Shown here piece by piece: positions 27,295-35,416 of a stretch of 51,360 bases of DNA. Position numbers and translations under genes: made by a program. The stretch is from NCBI GenBank assembly GCA_029882335.1, contig JAOUKW010000001.1, positions 1 to 51,360 on the forward strand. Reading direction: 5' to 3'. Source of the DNA: Candidatus Heimdallarchaeota archaeon. Lineage in GTDB: Archaea > Asgardarchaeota > Heimdallarchaeia > Heimdallarchaeales > Kariarchaeaceae. Under the pieces are notes generated by a model that ran no database searches, had not been told where the DNA came from, and saw only the letters and a list, made by a program, of their open reading frames with translations. Numbering within the stretch: position 1 is the stretch's first letter; each line of letters begins with the position of its first letter.

Positions 27295-28832
27295 AGTTTG
27301 TTCCAAGCTCTTCCGTCCTTTTTGATAAACTCATTTGCTAAATCTGGTCCATGTGTTCCTGCGGGGTAATTAGGAAAAGGATCAGGTAGTAATCCATTCA
27401 TTATTTTCTTATCCACCTCTTTCCAATATTTGATAATTGGATCAACAATTGACCACATTTCAATAATCTCATCAAATCTAATAAATAATGTTGAATCTCC
27501 TCTCATTGTGTCAACTAATAATCTTTCATATGCTTTTGGTTCTTTTATTTTTGCTTTCCCACCGAGGTCGAGATTTATTGGTTCGACTTCAGTTAATAGT
27601 CCCGCTGGTTTCCATCCTAGAGTAATATTAATACCTGCTCTAGGTTGTATTTCTAATTGGATTGTGTTTGGTATTGGGAGCTGTTTGCTTAAAATCATTG
27701 GTATGTGCGAATCATTAACTTTCTTCAATTGAATGAAAATTTCTGTTTTTCTAGTGGACATTCTTTTCCCAGTTCGTAAATAAAATGGGACATCTCTCCA
27801 TCTATAATTATCTATAAAGAGTTTCACTACAGCGAATGTCTCTACAAGTGAATCTATTGGTACACCATCTTCATTTCGGTACGTAACAGTGAGATTTGAA
27901 TTAACAATTCCCTCACTATATTGTCCTCTTACGGTATTTTTCTGTATTTCATCTCCGTTATATCTCCTGATTGAATTAAGGAGTTTGACTTTTTCATCTC
28001 GAATTAATTCTGGTTCTAGTGATCGGGGGTGTTCCATAGTAAGAAATGCCAAAATTTGTAACATATGGGACTGGACCATATCTCTTACAACTCCAGTCTG
28101 TTCAAAGAAATCAACTCTTCCCTCAACCCCTACAGTTTCAAAGGTAGTAATTTGAATATGGTCGATAAATTCACGATTCCAAAGTGGTTGAAAAATTAAA
28201 TTTGACATTCTAAATACCAGAATATTTTGAACTGCTTCTTTTCCTAAGAAATGATCTACTCTATATATTTGTGTTTCATTGAAATTTGTTCGAATTAAAT
28301 TATTTAATTCTTTCGCTGAATTCAAATCCAAGCCAAATGGTTTCTCAATTATAATTCTTGTCCAACTCGGGAGATGGTTGATGTTTAGTTTAAATTTAGA
28401 TAATTTCATAATTAAAAGGGTGAAATGACTTGGATTTGTTGCAAAATAGAATAACCTATTCGATTTTTCATTCCATTCCTTCTCAATTGCTTCGATTTTA
28501 TTTTTTATAAGTAAAAACGTATCTTCATCATTATAATTAGCTCTAATTGAATGTAAGTTTAATTTTATTGGATTCCAATATTTATCTTCCATTTTATGAC
28601 TACAATATTGTCTTACTCTTAATTGCATCTCTGTTTTAAACTCATTATTTAGAGGAATTCGTCTACCCAAACCGATTATTTTAAAATTCTTTGGCAACAA
28701 TTCTTCCCTAGATAGATGATAAATTGCTGGTAATAATTTTCGACGTGTTAAATCTCCAGAGGCTCCGAAAATAATTATTATTGTATTTTCAGGTATTTCA
28801 TGAGATCGAGGTGCTTTTTGAATACTGCTCAA
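27291..28832 (-). CDS. zwf: Glucose-6-phosphate 1-dehydrogenase (classical Zwf family)
   Basis: NADP-binding IFGASGDLTRRKLLPA and the active-site block RVDHFLGKE (family consensus RIDHYLGKE). 513 aa. Confidence 0.9.
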   Translation of the reverse strand: MSSIQKAPRSHEIPENTIIIIFGASGDLTRRKLLPAIYHLSREELLPKNFKIIGLGRRIPLNNEFKTEMQLRVRQYCSHKMEDKYWNPIKLNLHSIRANYNDEDTFLLIKNKIEAIEKEWNEKSNRLFYFATNPSHFTLLIMKLSKFKLNINHLPSWTRIIIEKPFGLDLNSAKELNNLIRTNFNETQIYRVDHFLGKEAVQNILVFRMSNLIFQPLWNREFIDHIQITTFETVGVEGRVDFFEQTGVVRDMVQSHMLQILAFLTMEHPRSLEPELIRDEKVKLLNSIRRYNGDEIQKNTVRGQYSEGIVNSNLTVTYRNEDGVPIDSLVETFAVVKLFIDNYRWRDVPFYLRTGKRMSTRKTEIFIQLKKVNDSHIPMILSKQLPIPNTIQLEIQPRAGINITLGWKPAGLLTEVEPINLDLGGKAKIKEPKAYERLLVDTMRGDSTLFIRFDEIIEMWSIVDPIIKYWKEVDKKIMNGLLPDPFPNYPAGTHGPDLANEFIKKDGRAWNKL

Positions 28833-28920
28833 TATATCTCATTTTACGATTCTCATCATGTTTTTTGAAATATTGTGTGAAATAATTAATGAATTAATAA
28901 AAATTCATCACAATTTATTC

Positions 28921-30114
28921 TTATTCCCAAATACTAGAAATTTCATTTTTTTGAAGATGAATTGATGATATTTCTTGGCCATCATTCATAATATTTTGAA
29001 GATTCAAATTATATGGGCTTGTTACTCCACTTAAAATGGTTGTAACTTGTATTTTATCTTCTAAGGACTTATCAATATGAGTACCCCAAATTATCTCACT
29101 ATCCTCACTCATTTCCTGTGAAATCGATTGTACACATTTTCTAACTTCTTCTAAAGATAATGATGGACCACCCGATATATTAATCAATGCTGCCTTACAA
29201 TCCATAATTTGAATATCTAGGAGTGAGTTGCTTAAACTTTCTCTAAGTGCATCTTCAATTCTATTTTCTCCTTCTCCTTCTCCCATACCTATAACTGAAG
29301 TACCTCCTCTTTTGAGAATTTGTCTTATGTCCGCAAAATCTACATTCACATACGCTGGAGTCAAAATTAGATTCACTATACCTTTTACCGCTCTTACTAA
29401 GATCTCATCTGCAACTTTAAATGCCAGTGAAATCGGTAAATCAGGTACTAAATGCATTAACTTTTCATTTGGAATTACTATTACTGTATCACACGCCTTG
29501 AAAAATTCATTTAGTCCTGTCAATGAATGTTTAGCTCGAATTTCTCCTTCCATTTCAAAAGGAAGCGTACATACACCTACAACTAATGCTCCTGATTTTT
29601 TAGCAATTTGTGCTATTATAGGTGCTGCTCCTGTACCAGTACCACCACCCATACCTGTAGTTACAAAAACCATATCTGAACCATTTACAACAGGTTTAAT
29701 TACTTCTACACTTTCCTCTGCTGCTGCCTTTCCAATTACAGGATCGTTTCCCGCACCTAAACCTTCTGTTAAATTTAATCCTAGAAGAACTTTATCATCA
29801 CTTTTTATATCTCTAAGGTGAATTGCATCTGTGTTTGCACCCACAGTCAAAACTCCTTTGAATTCAGATAGATGTAATCGATTAATTGCATTACATCCAG
29901 CACCACCAACTCCTATAGCTACGATTCTATTCTTATTTTTTTTAATTAATGAATCCAACAATTTGTCAACTTCAGATGATCCAGTTGAACTCAAGGAATT
30001 ATTTGTACTAGAATAATTTACACTATTTTTATTATTCAAATAAAAAGTATTCTGTGAAATTTCTTCCATTTCTTCATCTAAAGTGTCTAGCAAATTCTTT
30101 ATACTATTTGTCAT
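28921..30114 (-). CDS. ftsZ: Cell division GTPase FtsZ
   Basis: GVGGAGCNAINRL and the tubulin/FtsZ signature GMGGGTGTGAAP, with NTD and C-terminal domain order as in FtsZ. It has an N-terminal extension of about 50 aa. Confidence 0.9.
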   Translation of the reverse strand: MTNSIKNLLDTLDEEMEEISQNTFYLNNKNSVNYSSTNNSLSSTGSSEVDKLLDSLIKKNKNRIVAIGVGGAGCNAINRLHLSEFKGVLTVGANTDAIHLRDIKSDDKVLLGLNLTEGLGAGNDPVIGKAAAEESVEVIKPVVNGSDMVFVTTGMGGGTGTGAAPIIAQIAKKSGALVVGVCTLPFEMEGEIRAKHSLTGLNEFFKACDTVIVIPNEKLMHLVPDLPISLAFKVADEILVRAVKGIVNLILTPAYVNVDFADIRQILKRGGTSVIGMGEGEGENRIEDALRESLSNSLLDIQIMDCKAALINISGGPSLSLEEVRKCVQSISQEMSEDSEIIWGTHIDKSLEDKIQVTTILSGVTSPYNLNLQNIMNDGQEISSIHLQKNEISSIWE

Positions 30115-30171
30115 ACAAATAATTATTAATTTAATTGATATATACTAGAGTAATACTGAGAGGATATTGTA

Positions 30172-31302
30172 TTAATACTCTCTTTGTTCCCAGATTGGAT
30201 CATCTTCAATGGGCAATTGATCTTCCGCGATAATGGGTTTTGATAACTGTTTAAATTTATTAGATTTAATTATTTTTTGCATTATTGTTTTTTCAACAAA
30301 ATCGATTAAATCAGTGATTCCTTCTTTAGAATTTGAATTAAAAAGAATTAACCTTTCATTATCTGCTATTATATTCTCTAATACCAATTGATGCTGTATT
30401 TTATCAACTATTTCAGATCCCACAAGGTCTGATTTTGAAATTGCCACCTTAAATTCTGATGATGCATAAAATTGTTTGATTTCCCTAATTAAATTTAATT
30501 GTGCGTTTAAACTTTCGTTATCATTTTTTAGTGGATCAATGAAGAAAAGGATAAGATCTGCTAGATGTCGTATTGCAATTAATGCTTGTTTTTCGATACT
30601 GTTTCTTTCAGATAATGGTCTATCTAATATTCCAGGTGTATCGACAAATTGAATACTGAGTAAATTAACCTTTCTATGACCAAATAATAATTTTTTTGTT
30701 GTAAATGGATAAGAGGCAACTTGAGGTTTACCTGAAGTAGATTGTCTTATAAAAGATGATTTTCCTGCATTCGGAATTCCAGTTATAACTACTGTTGGTG
30801 AAGTAGGATCAAAACCAGGGAAATTAATTAATATTTGTTTTGAACTGTTTAAAAAACTGAATGTATTTTCCAATTTTTTGATAAAACTAGCATATCTTCC
30901 AAATGCAATTTTTCGTAACTGAGTTATTTCTTTAGGATTATTTGAACCTAAAATTTGATCGTTTAATTCTTGGGCGATACTTCTTATATGGTCATTAATT
31001 CCATGAACTCTCCCAATGGCTTCTTTGAGTTTATCAATACCTACTAGTATGTCGGTTAATTCATAATAAAATGGATGAATTAAATTTAAAGATGGAAAAC
31101 TTTCAATTAGATTTGTTATTCGATCAACAATTACATTACCCACAGTATTAATTCTATTCATCTCTAGTGTTTTTTTTCTTTCCAAATATTCCCTTGCATT
31201 AGAGGGTTTGATCTTCATAGCTTTGTTAAATGCAATATCAATTAATTTTTCTGATGATTCGATAGTTTTGATAAAATCAAATGGATTGGAAGAATTATAC
31301 AA
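30172..31302 (-). CDS. nog1: NOG1-family GTPase (ribosome biogenesis)
   Basis: NOG1 N-terminal helical domain (FPSLNLIHPFYYEL, compare eukaryotic FPKLDDIHPFYADL). G1 GIPNAGKSSF, YPFTTK, G3 DTPGILDRP...RN.IE.QA. Confidence 0.8.
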   Translation of the reverse strand: MYNSSNPFDFIKTIESSEKLIDIAFNKAMKIKPSNAREYLERKKTLEMNRINTVGNVIVDRITNLIESFPSLNLIHPFYYELTDILVGIDKLKEAIGRVHGINDHIRSIAQELNDQILGSNNPKEITQLRKIAFGRYASFIKKLENTFSFLNSSKQILINFPGFDPTSPTVVITGIPNAGKSSFIRQSTSGKPQVASYPFTTKKLLFGHRKVNLLSIQFVDTPGILDRPLSERNSIEKQALIAIRHLADLILFFIDPLKNDNESLNAQLNLIREIKQFYASSEFKVAISKSDLVGSEIVDKIQHQLVLENIIADNERLILFNSNSKEGITDLIDFVEKTIMQKIIKSNKFKQLSKPIIAEDQLPIEDDPIWEQREY

Positions 31303-31374
31303 TATCTATCTATTATCCTTGTTATTTATGATATATTGTATTCAAAACACAAATTTTTATGAATTTTGAATAAA

Positions 31375-31665
31375 TTATAGGAAGTTATAATTTTCGATAA
31401 TATTACCAATACAATACAGGAGAAAAAAACAAAATGGGATTTTAATTCTTATTGGACTGTTTTTTATATGGGTTTTTGAAATATAAAGAATCAGTCCAAT
31501 TAAAGCACTAATTTTTAACATAGGGGAGAGATAAATATATGTAAGCAAAAGAAGAAAATTTACAAACTCAATAAAATCAGTCATACATACTATTGAAAAA
31601 TTACTATTTAACATTCTAATATAATCAACGATAGAAATAATCAAAATAATAAGAAAGCTAATCAT
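31375..31665 (-). CDS. Small hydrophobic protein (3 predicted TM), hypothetical
   Basis: 96-codon ORF in an otherwise empty interval with a strongly hydrophobic composition. Low-complexity AT-driven sequence, so coding status is uncertain. Confidence 0.3.
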   Translation of the reverse strand: MISFLIILIISIVDYIRMLNSNFSIVCMTDFIEFVNFLLLLTYIYLSPMLKISALIGLILYISKTHIKNSPIRIKIPFCFFLLYCIGNIIENYNFL

Positions 31666-31723
31666 TCCGTATCAAAAGTTTAAAAATATAATAAAAGAAT
31701 AAGAAAATGAAGAAGGCAATATA

Positions 31724-32032
31724 ATGGTACAGAGAGCAAGAATTCGATTATTAAGTACATCAGTAAAATCTCTGACAAATATCTGTGATGAATTAAATAA
31801 TATCTCTGATAAAGCAGGTATTCGTATGAAAGGACCAATTCCTTTCCCAACAAGAAAAGTCATCATACCTGTTAGAAAATCACCATGTGGTAATGGAACT
31901 CAAACATGGGAGCACTATGAGATGAAAATTCACAAGCGTTTGATAGATCTAGATGCAGATGAAAAGGCAATGCACTTGCTGATGCGTCTAAACGTACCTG
32001 ATGATATCAGAATTGAAGTTGAATTAGCTTGA
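31724..32032 (+). CDS. rps10: 30S ribosomal protein uS10
   Basis: RIRLLSTSVKSL...GIRMKGPIPFPTRK...WEHYEMKIHKRLIDL matches the uS10 pattern (KGPxPLPT, hKRlIDl). 102 aa. Confidence 0.9.
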   Translation: MVQRARIRLLSTSVKSLTNICDELNNISDKAGIRMKGPIPFPTRKVIIPVRKSPCGNGTQTWEHYEMKIHKRLIDLDADEKAMHLLMRLNVPDDIRIEVELA

Positions 32033-32116
32033 AAAATATTCAAGTTATTTGGTATCTATCTAGATTTTATTATATGGCTTCGATTTAAATAACATATATA
32101 AAAAGGAAGTTAACTT

Positions 32117-32392
32117 ATGAGTGCAATATCCGTTGGAAGAATAGTTGTAAAAGTAATGGGACGAGAATCCGGTAAAAAAGCTATAGTAACAAAAATAATT
32201 GATAAAAATTTTGTTGAGATTTCAGGTCCATTTGATTTATCTGGAATCAAAAGACGAAGAGTAAATATGTCTCATATTGAACCTACAAACTTAAGTATTG
32301 ATATTAAGAAGGTAGCTGATGATGATGCCAAAATAAAAAGTTTGGTAGAGAAAGATCAACAAATAAAAGAAGCTTTACTTGAAAAAATTTGA
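32117..32392 (+). CDS. rpl14e: 50S ribosomal protein eL14
   Basis: KOW-like GRIVVKVMGRESGKKAIVTKIID...KRRRVNMSHIEPT. It has the archaeal eL14 size and sits in the conserved position upstream of cbf5. Confidence 0.8.
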   Translation: MSAISVGRIVVKVMGRESGKKAIVTKIIDKNFVEISGPFDLSGIKRRRVNMSHIEPTNLSIDIKKVADDDAKIKSLVEKDQQIKEALLEKI

Positions 32393-33368
32393 TCATCTAA
32401 TGATAAAACTCCCTGAAGATTTTGTAATTATAGATAATACAGATATATCCAATACATTTGGTATTTATCCTGATGATCGTCAAATCAATGATTATATTGA
32501 TTATGGAATAATTTTATTAGATAAACCTGCAGGACCGACTTCTCATGAAGTAGTTGCAATCGTAAAAAAGATATTGTCTTTAAAGAGAGCTGGACATTCG
32601 GGTACTCTAGATCCAAATGTCACGGGTGTTCTACCAATTGCTTTATCAAATTCCACAAAAATTCTTGCATCATTATTGAAATCCAATAAAAAATATATCT
32701 GTAAAATGATAAACGCAAAAACTTTTTCATTAGATCTGTGGAATTCTAAATTTCAGGAATATGAAAGAGAGATTTATCAAATGCCTCCTTTGAAATCAAA
32801 TGTAGTTAAGAAATTAAGGAAAAGGACTATCTTTCAGTTGAAATTAATTGAAATGGATGCTAATGATAATATACTTTTTGAGGTAACCTCAGAAGCGGGT
32901 ACATACATTAGAACACTATGTATAGATTTGGGTCGTTCAATTGGTTCAAGTTCATTTATGGGTGAATTAAGACGAATACAATCAGGTCCATTTATTGAGA
33001 ACGAGTTAAAATCTTTACATCAACTATTTGATGCTTGGTCTATATATCAGGAAAATAAAAATGAAATAGTATTAAGAGAAATAATTCAACCAATCGAAAT
33101 ATTGATTCAATTTAATGCTACAGTGATGATAAAAACAATGTATGTCAATTTAGTTTGCCATGGAGTAAATATCTTAAAAAAATCAATAATGGGTACAACA
33201 GAATTTAATGAAAATTCCTTAATCTGCTTGATTTCCTCCAAACATGAATTAATCGGAATTGGTAACGCCCTTATAAACTCGTCTGAAATCGAGAAAATGA
33301 ATGATGATTCAATTGTTATAAAGCCATACAAGATAATTATGAACCGTGATTTATATCCTAGATTTTAA
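32379..33368 (+). CDS. cbf5: H/ACA RNP pseudouridine synthase Cbf5 (TruB family)
   Basis: Catalytic motif GHSGTLDPNVTGVLPI and a C-terminal PUA-like domain. It overlaps rpl14e by 14 nt; the alternative start M at 32400 is possible. Confidence 0.85.
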   Translation: MKKFDHLMIKLPEDFVIIDNTDISNTFGIYPDDRQINDYIDYGIILLDKPAGPTSHEVVAIVKKILSLKRAGHSGTLDPNVTGVLPIALSNSTKILASLLKSNKKYICKMINAKTFSLDLWNSKFQEYEREIYQMPPLKSNVVKKLRKRTIFQLKLIEMDANDNILFEVTSEAGTYIRTLCIDLGRSIGSSSFMGELRRIQSGPFIENELKSLHQLFDAWSIYQENKNEIVLREIIQPIEILIQFNATVMIKTMYVNLVCHGVNILKKSIMGTTEFNENSLICLISSKHELIGIGNALINSSEIEKMNDDSIVIKPYKIIMNRDLYPRF

Positions 33369-33744
33369 ATTTAAAGGGAATTGGTAATAAATCAGGTAGG
33401 GTAAATGTATGATATTTTCCAGTTGCATTGTACAAATGTATTTTAATATTTTCATCAAAAAACTCACTCATAACCTGTAAGCAAATTCCACACGGTTTAA
33501 TAATTCCCTCACCAGACGATATGACTACCATTTCAACAAATTCTCTTTCATCCGCACAAATAGCATTAAAAATAGCAGATCTTTCTGCGCAATTTGTTGC
33601 AGCATATGAACTATTTTCAATATTAGTACCAATGTAAATATTCCCTGATTTTAATATGACAGCACAACCCACCTTAAATTTAGAATAAGGACTATAAGAT
33701 AAGGACATGGCATATTTAGCTCGTTCGAATAATTGCTGACTCAT
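33358..33744 (-). CDS. cdd: Cytidine deaminase
   Basis: Zinc and catalytic motifs CAERSAI and PCGICLQV. 128 aa, the homotetrameric CDA size. Confidence 0.85.
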   Translation of the reverse strand: MSQQLFERAKYAMSLSYSPYSKFKVGCAVILKSGNIYIGTNIENSSYAATNCAERSAIFNAICADEREFVEMVVISSGEGIIKPCGICLQVMSEFFDENIKIHLYNATGKYHTFTLPDLLPIPFKFKI

Positions 33745-34024
33745 AAAAACACTGTATTCACTGAATTTAAATAACTGTTTAACATTTCACATTTGTTTCA
33801 ATCTTTGGTATATCAATTTTGTCAAGAACAATCATTATTCCAAATTAAATCTAACTCAATTTTTAATTTATTTTGTTACCAAATATATAAAATCTCTCTT
33901 GAATTTAATATTTGAAAATTACAAATTTGCAATGAATTTTTTTGAAAAAATATTTATCAATAATGTATAAATAATATTTTCTCAATAAAAGAAGTTTTTT
34001 ATTACGATTATAAATTAAAATTAT

Positions 34025-34213
34025 ATGTCTTTAAGGCAGAAAAAAACCAAAAAAGAAAGTGCTCCTATGCCATCAACTGGAGCAGGATTAATGAGATATT
34101 TTGATGAAGATTTACCTGGAATTAAAATTGGACCAAAAGCAGTTGTCATTTTAAATTCAATCTTGATTTTTTTGGTTTTACTTGCACAATCTAGCTTTTC
34201 TCCATTTAGTTGA
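34025..34213 (+). CDS. secG: Preprotein translocase subunit Sec61-beta (archaeal SecG)
   Basis: 62 aa. PSTGAGLMRYFDED...IKIGPKAVVILNSILIFLVLL matches the Sec61-beta pattern (basic N-terminus, GLxRYF, single C-terminal TM). Confidence 0.75.
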   Translation: MSLRQKKTKKESAPMPSTGAGLMRYFDEDLPGIKIGPKAVVILNSILIFLVLLAQSSFSPFS

Positions 34214-34252
34214 TATATATTAAAAATTGACGAAATTCTTGAGCATTGAAGA

Positions 34253-34326
34253 GACCTGATAGTGAAGCTTGGTATCATGATGCGTTCGGGACGCATTGAG
34301 CGTGGGTTCAAATCCCACTCAGGTCA
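34253..34326 (+). tRNA. tRNA-Pro (anticodon CGG)
   Basis: Acceptor GACCTGA/TCAGGTC, anticodon stem ATGCG/CGCAT with loop TTCGGGA (G37), T arm GTGGG-TTCAAAT-CCCAC. No intron and no encoded CCA. Confidence 0.9.
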
Positions 34327-34386
34327 TATTTAATTGCAATTTGTTTTCATCTTATTAGTTTATTAATTAAAAGTACTATTAATTCC

Positions 34387-35055
34387 ATGATTAGTGAAGA
34401 TTTAATGTCTGTATTTATTGTTGAATTATTGGCTAGCATTATTGGGCTTTATTTGTTGAAAAAAGAGATTGTTTGCTTAATACCTACTATAAAGAAAATT
34501 CAAAGCTTATCACTTATTGGATTTCTAATTTCCCTCAATTTTGTTTACATTTTTAGAGTAATTGGAATAATTTCTGAAAATACTAATATTCGCCAGTTTG
34601 GTGCAGCACTCAGTGGATTATTTGCAGGTATGTTTTTAATAATTTGGGGCTCTATCAATATAAATATGTCAAAAAAAATAAAAATTATAAGTTTAATAAT
34701 TTTAATTTTGGGGATGTTGGTATTTATTATTGGTAGAATAACGCACATCCCATTCTTGCAAATAATTGGGATTGCATTTTTAGTGTTTTTGTCAAGCTTT
34801 ATTATAATCCGATTTTTTGTCTTTGTTTTTTCAAGTTCTCCATATGTACGAGCTAGACAACGAGTTTTATTGATTTCTCTAGGTTTTTTATTCTTAATTA
34901 TCCTAGATGGTTTTGGAATTATTTTTTTAGGTAATGGATTTTATTTTGTAGCGTCTATTCTTTTTCTCTTTGAAATACCATTTAGAATTTTGATGACAAT
35001 AGGTATAGAGCTTCCTATTAATATTCAAAATTATTTGAAAAGATTCATCCACTAG
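34387..35055 (+). CDS. Polytopic membrane protein, hypothetical (about 6-7 TM)
   Basis: 222-aa ORF made almost entirely of hydrophobic segments separated by short basic loops. No motif recognised. Confidence 0.45.
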   Translation: MISEDLMSVFIVELLASIIGLYLLKKEIVCLIPTIKKIQSLSLIGFLISLNFVYIFRVIGIISENTNIRQFGAALSGLFAGMFLIIWGSININMSKKIKIISLIILILGMLVFIIGRITHIPFLQIIGIAFLVFLSSFIIIRFFVFVFSSSPYVRARQRVLLISLGFLFLIILDGFGIIFLGNGFYFVASILFLFEIPFRILMTIGIELPINIQNYLKRFIH

Positions 35056-35368
35056 AGTCAATCATTTCCAATTTTTTAATAGTATCTGCGATTTCGACAA
35101 TTTTAGCTAAATCCTTTTCTTGTTCTAACATATTTGTTAATTCTTTTATTTTATTTAAAATCGGATTATTTATTTTGGTATTTGTTTGGGTCTTATTTGT
35201 TAATGCATTGTCTTTTTCATATATCAGTTTTTTATCACATGTTGTACAAAATAATGTAGAATCTGGGAGTTTATAAATCGGACTTATACAAATTGGACAC
35301 GGTTGGTTCAACATTTGTGCTCCTTTTAGAAGCAATTCTGCTGCCCGTTTAATCGGAGAATCATTCAT
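35045..35368 (-). CDS. UPF0148 / SSSCA1 (autoantigen p27)-family zinc-ribbon protein
   Basis: IKRAAELLLKGAQMLNQPCPICISPIYKLPDSTLFCTTCDK matches the remembered UPF0148 pattern (A.LL..GA.ML...CP.C..PLF......FCP.C). Confidence 0.6.
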   Translation of the reverse strand: MNDSPIKRAAELLLKGAQMLNQPCPICISPIYKLPDSTLFCTTCDKKLIYEKDNALTNKTQTNTKINNPILNKIKELTNMLEQEKDLAKIVEIADTIKKLEMIDSSG

Positions 35369-35416
35369 TGTGTTAATTAATTATATACAACTAAATTTAT
35401 AAGCTTTAGGTTTGAA

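Noticed and set aside
29228-30016. ORFs 29228-29821 (+) and 29831-30016 (+), 197 and 61 aa
   Set aside because: They are antisense to the well-supported ftsZ gene. The Pro/Ala/Ser-rich translation is the mirror image of the Gly-rich FtsZ motifs. The same reasoning applies to these antisense ORFs:
- 16714-17151 within korA
- 27430-27732 and 27889-28155 within zwf
- 6545-6922 within rpa
- 8832-9044 within dp1
- 13948-14199 within the GTPase gene
- 45250-45567 within rio2
- 44306-44557, 42257-42466, 40011-40211, 39824-40060, 38855-39046, 3380-3655, 4360-4542, 1877-2074, 22926-23108, 33107-33331, 33428-33637, 34545-34748 and 47469-47678
31672-31866. ORF 31672-31866 (-), 64 aa
   Set aside because: It overlaps the 5' part of the confidently identified uS10 gene on the opposite strand. 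It has no motif and is likely spurious. The same applies to 41287-41532 (-) opposite the CN-hydrolase start, 45631-45852 (-) opposite the DUF460-like start, and 25241-25504 (-) opposite the DJ-1-like gene.
34021-34311. ORF 34021-34311 (-), 96 aa
   Set aside because: It overlaps both the Sec61-beta gene on the opposite strand and the tRNA-Pro gene (34253-34326), so it is spurious.
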